64,000 bases of DNA from Bradymonadia bacterium (GTDB lineage Bacteria; Myxococcota_A; Bradymonadia; UBA7976; UBA1532). Made by a program: the position numbers and the translations under genes. Below, piece by piece: positions 57,290-64,000 of this stretch. The stretch lies in NCBI GenBank assembly GCA_046290225.1, contig JBKAGE010000005.1, forward strand, positions 1 through 64,000, written 5' to 3'. Numbering within the stretch: the first letter of the stretch is position 1; every line of letters starts with the position of its first letter. The notes under the pieces were generated by a model, which saw only the letters and a program-made list of their open reading frames with translations, was not told where the DNA came from and did no database searches.

Positions 57290-58624
57290 ATGAACGCCGC
57301 AACTCAGCTCCCCGAAGCCGCCCCCGCCCTCAAGCTGGTCCGCTCCACCTCTGCTGCCCCTCGCCGGGATCCTGTGGTGGGTGATCCGATCAACATGTAC
57401 CTCGACAGCATTGGCCGCAGGCGCTTGCTCACACGGGATCAAGAGCTCGCTCTGGCCCGACAAATTCACGCATCGAGAGACGAGATCGTTGAAGAGGTGA
57501 TCATGCTCGGCGCTGGCGTGCGCGCCATCGCCGAGGTGCCCCGGCGCATCATGCGCGGCGAGATGTCCATCCGCGACATTCTCGACGGGAGCACCAATCA
57601 GGAAGCCGACGCCGAGACGGGCCTTCGAGGCACTGAGCTGCTCGCCCATCTTGCCGAGCGCCTCGAGATGCTCCACGAGGCCGGTGCGGGTCTCGAAGAT
57701 CGCCTCGAAGTGGTGGCCCGCATGCCACTGCTCTGGTCTGTCTACGTGGAGATCGTCGAGGGGCTCTACGATCTGAGTCGTCGCTTCCACACCACCGTAC
57801 CCGAAGGGGTTTCTGCCCTCGAGGCTGAGGCCGGTGTGTCCGCTGACGACTTTGTGGCCGCGGCCCGTCGGGTGCGCCGCCTCATGCGGGCTCTGGAGCG
57901 TGCGCGCTCCACCATGGTGGAGTCGAACCTGCGTCTGGTGGTGTCCGTGGCGCGCAAGCTGCAGAATCGGGGCCTGCCTCTGCTCGACATGGTGCAGGAA
58001 GGCAACCTGGGCCTGATCCGCGCTGTAGAGAAGTTCGAGCCCGAGCGGGGCCATCGCTTCAGCACCTACGCCACCTGGTGGATCCGCCAGTCGATCTTGC
58101 GGGCCATCGACGAGCAAACCCGCACTGTGAAGCTCCCTGGACCCTTCCTGAGTCGGGTCTACAAGGTGAAGTCCGTGGCCCGTACCTTGGAGAAGGAGCT
58201 CGGCCGCCAGCCCACCCTCGCCGAGATCACCGAGAAGGTGTCGTTCTCTGCCGATGAGGTGGAGGCCGCCCTACAAGGTGATCGAGGGGCCATCTCTCTC
58301 GAGTCGCCTGTGGGTCAGGACGACGCGGTCATCGGTGATTTCATCGAAGACGCCAACACCCCTGATCCAGCCCACATCGCCGAGCGTCGTCGTCTCGGCG
58401 AGGACACCCGCCTGGCCCTGCAGGGCCTCGGCGAGCGCGAGGCCCTGGTGCTGCGCTTGCGTTATGGCATCGACGAGGCTGAGCCCATGACCCTCGAAGA
58501 GGTCGGACAGCGGTTCGGGCTGACGCGGGAGCGAATTCGGCAGATCGAGCGCAAGGCGCTCTACAAGCTGCGGACGGTGCAGCGTGGAAAGCTGCTGCGG
58601 GCATGGGGCGGGCTCGAAGGGTGA
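57290..58624 (+). CDS. RpoD/RpoS-like sigma70 factor lacking region 1.1 (alternative, group 2-like)
   Basis: Region 1.2 DP..MYL..IG...[38 protein letters not shown]; region 4.2 [17 protein letters not shown]. Confidence 0.92.
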   Translation: MNAATQLPEAAPALKLVRSTSAAPRRDPVVGDPINMYLDSIGRRRLLTRDQELALARQIHASRDEIVEEVIMLGAGVRAIAEVPRRIMRGEMSIRDILDGSTNQEADAETGLRGTELLAHLAERLEMLHEAGAGLEDRLEVVARMPLLWSVYVEIVEGLYDLSRRFHTTVPEGVSALEAEAGVSADDFVAAARRVRRLMRALERARSTMVESNLRLVVSVARKLQNRGLPLLDMVQEGNLGLIRAVEKFEPERGHRFSTYATWWIRQSILRAIDEQTRTVKLPGPFLSRVYKVKSVARTLEKELGRQPTLAEITEKVSFSADEVEAALQGDRGAISLESPVGQDDAVIGDFIEDANTPDPAHIAERRRLGEDTRLALQGLGEREALVLRLRYGIDEAEPMTLEEVGQRFGLTRERIRQIERKALYKLRTVQRGKLLRAWGGLEG

Positions 58625-58649
58625 GTCTCGAAAGCTGACTCTGAGCAGC

Positions 58650-59261
58650 TCAGCCTCGCAAGTGCTCCACCAGCTCACCTTGAGAGTGCACGTTGAGCTT
58701 GGCGAACATCGACTTCAGGTGATTGCGCACCGTGTGCCGGCTGATGAAGAGCCGATCGGCGATCTGTGGCGTGCGCATGCCACCCACCAGCATCTCCGCC
58801 ACTTGGCGCTCCCGCGCAGACAAGATATCAGCTCGGCGGTTCAGACCCCCACCATCAATGCTGGGCATCAGGCCGTTGCGCTTGTCGAGGGCCTCGTCGA
58901 TGAGGTTGGCCAGCTCACCGGGATCGATGGGCTTGCACAGGATCTTGAAGACCTCGCCCTCGTTCACCGCTCTCAACGCGGCTTCCAGCGTAGCGTGGCC
59001 GGTGAGCAGAATCCGCACCGCCTCGTGCGACTGTCCGGCGAGGGTGGCGCACAACTCTGAGCCATTGATGCCCGGCATGCGCTCATCAGTGATCACGACG
59101 TCGACGTGTTCGTGATTCAAGCGTTCGAGCGCCTGCTCAGCAGAATGCGCGACGAGAACCTCGAAGGGGGCTCGGTGGAATGCTGTTCGGAAACCGTCAA
59201 GGACGAGCGGATCATCGTCGACGAACAAAACACGTGCGGTATTTTCCACAGCCACTTGCAT
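58650..59261 (-). CDS. response regulator, REC plus LuxR-type HTH
   Basis: VLFVDDD, TDERMP, LLTG, KP; LSARERQV...IADRLFISRHTVRNHLK...KL. Confidence 0.9.
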   Translation of the reverse strand: MQVAVENTARVLFVDDDPLVLDGFRTAFHRAPFEVLVAHSAEQALERLNHEHVDVVITDERMPGINGSELCATLAGQSHEAVRILLTGHATLEAALRAVNEGEVFKILCKPIDPGELANLIDEALDKRNGLMPSIDGGGLNRRADILSARERQVAEMLVGGMRTPQIADRLFISRHTVRNHLKSMFAKLNVHSQGELVEHLRG

Positions 59262-59412
59262 TGGGCACCTATTTCCCCTCACGTCTGTGTTCAGAGCCAC
59301 GAGATGGAACCCTGGGGGAGAAGGCATCATCTCGATTGCGTCAGCCTGTATCTTCATACGGCTCAGGCGGCCGTCAACAGTAGCATGTCTTGAATTTGGA
59401 GGCCTTTCTGCG

Positions 59413-59808
59413 ATGAAAAATCCCGTCATTCTCTTCGATGGGGTCTGCAATTTCTGCGATGGCGCAGTGCAATTCATCATCAAGAGAGATCGAAGCGGGG
59501 TCTTCCGGTTCGGTGCGCTTCAATCAGAAGCTGGCCGTGAGATCCTGCTCAAGCACGGCTTGCCCGCGGATCATCTCGACTCGCTGGTGCTCGTCGACGA
59601 GGGGCGCGTCTACATGCGCAGCACTGCGGCTCTCCGGATTGCACGCAGGCTGCGCTGGCCCTGGCCGATCTTCTATGGATTGATGATCCTACCGCGCTTT
59701 CTACGCGATCCTGTTTACGACTGGATAGGTCGTAATCGCTACAAATGGTTCGGGGAGAAAGCGGAGTGCATGATTCCCAGCCCCGAGGTTCGGGGCCGGT
59801 TTTTGTGA
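59413..59808 (+). CDS. DCC family thiol-disulfide oxidoreductase (DUF393)
   Basis: FDGVCNFC, LQS, RD..Y..I..NRY.WFG; GGAGG upstream. Confidence 0.9.
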   Translation: MKNPVILFDGVCNFCDGAVQFIIKRDRSGVFRFGALQSEAGREILLKHGLPADHLDSLVLVDEGRVYMRSTAALRIARRLRWPWPIFYGLMILPRFLRDPVYDWIGRNRYKWFGEKAECMIPSPEVRGRFL

Positions 59809-59860
59809 TGCTGCAGGGGGGAGATTTTTAAGTGAGGCTGGTGGGTTTCTCAAGCACTGG

Positions 59861-59881
59861 GCCAGCCTGATATGGGCTGGC
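59861..59881. terminator. GC-rich hairpin between convergent genes
   Basis: GCCAGCC-TGATATG-GGCTGGC; no clear U-tract. Confidence 0.35.
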
Positions 59882-59891
59882 GGAGTCTGCC

Positions 59892-62003
59892 TCAGTCGAG
59901 GGTGGCGCGGAGGGTGACGTTCTGGCAGTCCTCCTGGTCGTGGGCTGAGAGCTCGATCACGTAGATGCCACGGCGGACCGAGGCGGAGACCTTCTCCGAG
60001 TCCGAGTAAGTCTCCGACTCGTCGAGCTTGTTGCGGTCAGCGTCGTAGAGGTACAAATCGATGTCGCCCTCGAAGGAGTTGAACTCCGCGGTGACAGTCA
60101 GGTTGCCGCTGCCGTTGACCTGGAACGAGTACTCCTTGCCGATCCCGTAGCACATCTCCACCTCGTGGTTCTCGCCGAGCTCAAGCAGGTCGCCGCGGAT
60201 GTCCTCGTCATTGTTGAGCTGGCCGCCGTTGAGTACAGCGTGGCCGATCTCGCACCAGCTGGAGCCCTCGAGGGGCGCCTCGGCGTCGTTTTGCACGTCG
60301 CGCTGGCTGCAGGACTCGTCCTCGCTCCATGCCACCCACTCGCTGCCCCGGCCGATGGACTCGGCGTAGGTCTTGAAGAGGTCATAGCCGCCATCGCGGG
60401 CCTTGAAGACCACTGGTGTGGCGCACTGCTGAGCGGTGTGATCCTCCACATCGTTCATGGCCTTCTGCATCACGATCTCGTACATGGCCGAGGTGCTGCT
60501 GTTCCAGCAGCAGGTCTTGGACTCGTCGTACACCAGCTTGGCGAAGACGTAGTCCTCGAGGGTGCGGTACTTGGCGTCGACCTCGAGGGTGCTCATATCA
60601 GCGTGCTCGGCCTCGAGATCGTAGAGCTCCTTGAAGGCGTCTTCGCGGCGCTCGCGGGCGGCGCAGGAGGCGGGGTAGTTGCTCAGGTGGCTGCGGGCGT
60701 CGCTGATCTTCTGCAGGATGACCGCGCGCTTCTCTTCGACGGGCACCTCGCGGAGGATCTCACGCCAGGTCTCGATGCGGGCGGTGACGGCGTCGTGGTC
60801 CTGGCTGTTGATCCAGTTTTCGCGGTCGTAGGCGGGCACAGCGTTGGTCCAGCTGCCGTCGACCTTGGTGGGCACGCGGAAGCGGCGGATACCGCCACCG
60901 AGGGCAGCGTACTTGTCACCGTCGCTGTTCTCACCGGGGCCACCAGCAGAGCTGGAGGTGAAGGCGCTCTTCGAAGCAGCGGGGGACTCCCACTTGCCCT
61001 GGCGACGGGGCATGCTGCCGCTGATGACGGAGACCTCGTAGGCGCCGCCGAGGCTCTCGACGCTCTTGACCACGTAGACGTGGCCCGTGCCGCGGCGGCG
61101 GTAGCGCTTGACCAGGGTGTCGCCGGCGCGGACCGACTTGGGATCGATGTGGTACATGTTGGCGCTGGAGGCGAGGTTGATGCTGCCGAAGTAGCTCAGC
61201 AGGTAGACCATGAAGTAGCCCACGCGCTTGTTCAGGTAGATCTCGTCGAAGTAGGTGCCGGCGCGGGCGTCGTCGCCGAGGAAGCGCTGGTAGTCGTCCT
61301 GGCTGCCGCCGAGCTTGCGGCCGCGCAGGCGGCTGTCGGAGGGCCAGCCGTCGCGATCCCAGGTGTCCACGCGATCGCTGTAGTCAGGGTACGCAGTCTT
61401 GAAGTTGGGGGTGTTGGCGTAGCGGCCGTTGCTGCGACGGAAGCCGAAGTGGCCGAGGAAGATGCGGCCGTCGGCGTCAGCAGCCTCGACGTAGAAGGGC
61501 AGGTTGTACCAGCTGGCGAAGGAGGCCCGCAGGAACATCGACATCTCGGCGCACTCGAGGGCCGGCGAGGGCAGGGTCTTGCCGTAGGGCGTGGTCAGCT
61601 CGAAGGTGGGGAAGTACGACTCGCCGTCGATCTGCACCATGGACTGGACCCAGGCGCTGTACTTCTCGTCCCAGTTGAGGCCGGAGTTCTCGCCCCAGAC
61701 CATGCCAGCCTTCTTGGCGTCGGGCGTGTCGGTGTCGGCCCACTGGTTGCGGATCTCCCAGACGGCGCTGGGGCCGTTGTCCACACTCACCGGCAGGCTC
61801 TTGCGGCCGCTGATGCTGTCGGCTTTGCCCACGTTGCTGTCGTTGGCGTCGAAGGTGGCCTTGCCCAGACCCTCGGTCTCGGGGCCGATGTCGAGCAGCT
61901 CACTGGCCGCGGAATCGGGGCTGCTGGCCTCTTCGCCACAGCCAAAGGCGGCGAAGCTCATGACGAGGAGCAGCAGGCTCTTCAGGTGCAAGGTGCGCTT
62001 CAT
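59892..62003 (-). CDS. lipoprotein with a possible Cys-His catalytic domain and a C-terminal PPC-like domain
   Basis: Lipobox AFGC; GKAD; ECAE and GHVYVV motifs; GDIDLYLY...E.V...G.Y.I C-terminus; very strong GC3 bias. Confidence 0.8.
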   Translation of the reverse strand: MKRTLHLKSLLLLVMSFAAFGCGEEASSPDSAASELLDIGPETEGLGKATFDANDSNVGKADSISGRKSLPVSVDNGPSAVWEIRNQWADTDTPDAKKAGMVWGENSGLNWDEKYSAWVQSMVQIDGESYFPTFELTTPYGKTLPSPALECAEMSMFLRASFASWYNLPFYVEAADADGRIFLGHFGFRRSNGRYANTPNFKTAYPDYSDRVDTWDRDGWPSDSRLRGRKLGGSQDDYQRFLGDDARAGTYFDEIYLNKRVGYFMVYLLSYFGSINLASSANMYHIDPKSVRAGDTLVKRYRRRGTGHVYVVKSVESLGGAYEVSVISGSMPRRQGKWESPAASKSAFTSSSAGGPGENSDGDKYAALGGGIRRFRVPTKVDGSWTNAVPAYDRENWINSQDHDAVTARIETWREILREVPVEEKRAVILQKISDARSHLSNYPASCAARERREDAFKELYDLEAEHADMSTLEVDAKYRTLEDYVFAKLVYDESKTCCWNSSTSAMYEIVMQKAMNDVEDHTAQQCATPVVFKARDGGYDLFKTYAESIGRGSEWVAWSEDESCSQRDVQNDAEAPLEGSSWCEIGHAVLNGGQLNNDEDIRGDLLELGENHEVEMCYGIGKEYSFQVNGSGNLTVTAEFNSFEGDIDLYLYDADRNKLDESETYSDSEKVSASVRRGIYVIELSAHDQEDCQNVTLRATLD

Positions 62004-62051
62004 GGTGGGTGACCTCGTGAGCGAATGAATTCAGATACGCCGAAATACATT

Positions 62052-62067
62052 CGCAACTTGTGTGCCA
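62052..62067 (-). promoter_or_regulatory. sigma54 (-24/-12) promoter
   Basis: Minus strand TGGCACACAAGTTGCG matches TGGCAC-N5-TTGC, about 49 nt upstream of the ATG at 62003. Confidence 0.82.
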
Positions 62068-62155
62068 TCGATGTTCGGCGAGCGGATCTACGCAACTTTG
62101 CGCTTTCGAGCAAGAGGGCGAGGGCCGTAGACCCCACGATCGGCCACTGGAGTGG

Positions 62156-62177
62156 TGATCGATCGGCAGATCGATCA
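62156..62177. promoter_or_regulatory. perfect 9-bp inverted repeat, putative enhancer
   Basis: TGATCGATC-GGCA-GATCGATCA, about 90-110 nt upstream of the sigma54 site. Confidence 0.55.
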
Positions 62178-62260
62178 GCCACCTGGGGGTGTGGTGACCC
62201 CTGCAGAGGCGACAGTGTGCAGCCTCGTCGAGCACTCTGGCATCCAGAGACCACAACATC

Positions 62261-62983
62261 GTGACAGAGGTGGAGACGGACGTGGCAGATCAGAAGGTGT
62301 GTGTAGTGGCCGGCGTGGGGCCGGGCCTGGGGTTGGCGCTGGTGAAGGCCTTTGCGGCAGAGGGATATGCCGTGGCGGCCCTGGCGCGGAACATAGACGC
62401 GCTCGATGCGCTGGTGGGGTCCATCGATGGCGCGTATGCCTTCGCCTGCGACGTCACTGATGAAGCTGGCGTACACAGCACCTTCGAAGCGATTCGAAGC
62501 CAGCTCGGGCCGATCTCTGCCTTGATGTACAACGCCGGCTCTGGGGTTTGGGGCACGCTCGACGACATCGAGGTGGCCAACCTCGAGATGTCGTGGCGCG
62601 TGAACACGTTGGGCTTGTTCCACCTGACTCGGGCGGCCATCGCCGATCTTCGGGCGACGAAAGGGGCCCTGGGGATCACTGGCGCCACGGCGGCGCTCCG
62701 CGGCAAGCCCAAGACCCTGGCCTTCGCGTCGTCCAAGGCGGCTCAGCGTTCGATGGCGCAGTCTTTCGCCCGCCAGCTCGGCCCCGAAGGGGTGCACGTC
62801 TTCTACGCGATCATCGACGGCATGATCGATCTGCCCAAGACGCGGCAGATGATGCCCGACGCGCCAGAGGACTTCTTCTTGAAGCCCGACGAGATCGCCG
62901 CGGCGTATGTGCAGGTGGCTCACCAGCCCCAGAGCGCTTGGACCTTCGAACTCGACCTGCGCCCCTACCGCGAGCAGTGGTGA
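62261..62983 (+). CDS. short-chain dehydrogenase/reductase
   Basis: GVGPGLG, YNAG, TGATA.LRG, F..SK, IIDG.ID, WTFELDLRP. Confidence 0.9.
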   Translation: MTEVETDVADQKVCVVAGVGPGLGLALVKAFAAEGYAVAALARNIDALDALVGSIDGAYAFACDVTDEAGVHSTFEAIRSQLGPISALMYNAGSGVWGTLDDIEVANLEMSWRVNTLGLFHLTRAAIADLRATKGALGITGATAALRGKPKTLAFASSKAAQRSMAQSFARQLGPEGVHVFYAIIDGMIDLPKTRQMMPDAPEDFFLKPDEIAAAYVQVAHQPQSAWTFELDLRPYREQW

Positions 62984-63079
62984 GCTGAGCGCACCTCACG
63001 ACGCGGTGTCCTAGAACCTTCACCGTGGCACAGTGTCAGAAGCTCTCGAACCAACGTTGAGTGATGGGGGTGCTCAATC

Positions 63080-64000
63080 ATGCGATCTCTCGCTGTGCTG
63101 TGTGTGCTGCTCTCGGCCGCGTGCTCGGGTGATACGACGCTGCAGCGCCTACGCAAGCAGGCCCACGCCGATGCGAAGACGGCGCAGCTGCCCGTGGTGG
63201 CGTCAGCGTCGTCGACGCCCGCGCCCCATGCGGTCAAGGTGATCGTCACCCCCACGCACATCTCTGTCGATTACACTGACATCTTCGCTATGGCGTCGAG
63301 CCTGGGGGTCAGTGACGCGCAGCTGCGCGCTCACTTGAAGCGATATGGCGACTCGGTGGAGTCGGCGTATCAGCCTCACGTCACCCCGTTGGCGTCCGGG
63401 CGTTACATGGTCGACGACGATGTGCGGCAAGTCATCTATGACGATCTGTTGGTGGAGCCGCTGCAGATGTCACTCAACCGTTTGAGTGAGCTCAGCGTCG
63501 TCCTCGCAGGGCGTAAACCCGGCGAGACACAGGTGCCTCTCCGCTTCATCGTGGACACACAGGTGCCCTACGTGACCGTGCGCCGCGTGTTGGCCACGGC
63601 GAGCGGCCACGGATGGACGCAATTCGAACTGCTGGTGCACGTCGCCCACGAAGGGGCGATGATCGAGCGTGTGTTGCGCCCATTGAAGCGGAGCAGCTCG
63701 TGTTTTCCCGAGGCACCGGCAGTAGGCGATCCGGGTTGCTGGATGAGCCACGTTCATCTCAGGGGCGCACAGCGGCGGTGGCAGGCGAGGTGCGACGAGG
63801 TGGATGGCGAGGCGGTTAAGGCGGGCCACCCCGTGTATTGGAACCCCTGGGCGGAGGGTTTGTCGTGCCCCAAGTTGCCCGAGGCCCAGCGCGCTTTGCC
63901 TCCATGGAAGAGCGAGGTGACGCATTGCCCGGTTCTGGCGGTGAGCGCCGCTCTTGAGACGCCTTGGGGCGAGGTGGTGCAGGCTGTCGCTGAGGCAGAG
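63080..64000 (+). CDS. lipoprotein with ExbD-like segments, truncated by the window end
   Basis: Not in the ORF track. Read by hand, the frame is open from ATG 63080 to the end: MRSLAVLCVLLSAAC lipobox, IVDTQVPYVTVRRVLATA and VSAALETPWGEVVQAV. Confidence 0.7.
   Translation, partial: MRSLAVLCVLLSAACSGDTTLQRLRKQAHADAKTAQLPVVASASSTPAPHAVKVIVTPTHISVDYTDIFAMASSLGVSDAQLRAHLKRYGDSVESAYQPHVTPLASGRYMVDDDVRQVIYDDLLVEPLQMSLNRLSELSVVLAGRKPGETQVPLRFIVDTQVPYVTVRRVLATASGHGWTQFELLVHVAHEGAMIERVLRPLKRSSSCFPEAPAVGDPGCWMSHVHLRGAQRRWQARCDEVDGEAVKAGHPVYWNPWAEGLSCPKLPEAQRALPPWKSEVTHCPVLAVSAALETPWGEVVQAVAEAE

Noticed and set aside
1..64000. tRNA, rRNA, prophage, integrase or intact IS element
   Set aside because: None recognised by eye. 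A tRNAscan/ISEScan run would be needed to exclude them formally.

Overview
GC-rich, densely coding bacterial chromosomal window with about 54 CDSs. The gene content suggests a Myxococcota-like organism (inference): AgmX/PglI-type TonB_C domains, Cys/Asp-rich lipoproteins, a DUF1501 operon, MoxR/bpX conflict genes and sigma54 promoters. From left to right: the 3' end of a group II intron (domains V-VI, nt 1-97); a small ORF plus FIST sensor; an M1 peptidase; a His/Cys-rich envelope operon ending in regB/regA with a RegA-type box upstream; an ExbD/tandem TonB_C lipoprotein with an ABC exporter; thrombospondin-type and Cys-rich/FG-GAP surface proteins; alkaline phosphatase, a PAS-MCP and a HAD 5'-nucleotidase; a MoxR ATPase operon; crtZ; a DUF1501 operon; a bpX6-type pair with no adjacent ATPase; a Mo-dependent oxidoreductase cluster; a SLOG gene; a frameshifted Rpn-like nuclease; asnB; and a sigma54-driven alternative sigma70 factor. 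The most unusual non-coding feature is a ~420-bp mirror-symmetric element (28467-28887): five nested inverted-repeat pairs (core CTGTAGCGGACG) separated by unrelated hairpins around a structured ~120-nt core. Family names come from motif recognition only; no database searches were run.
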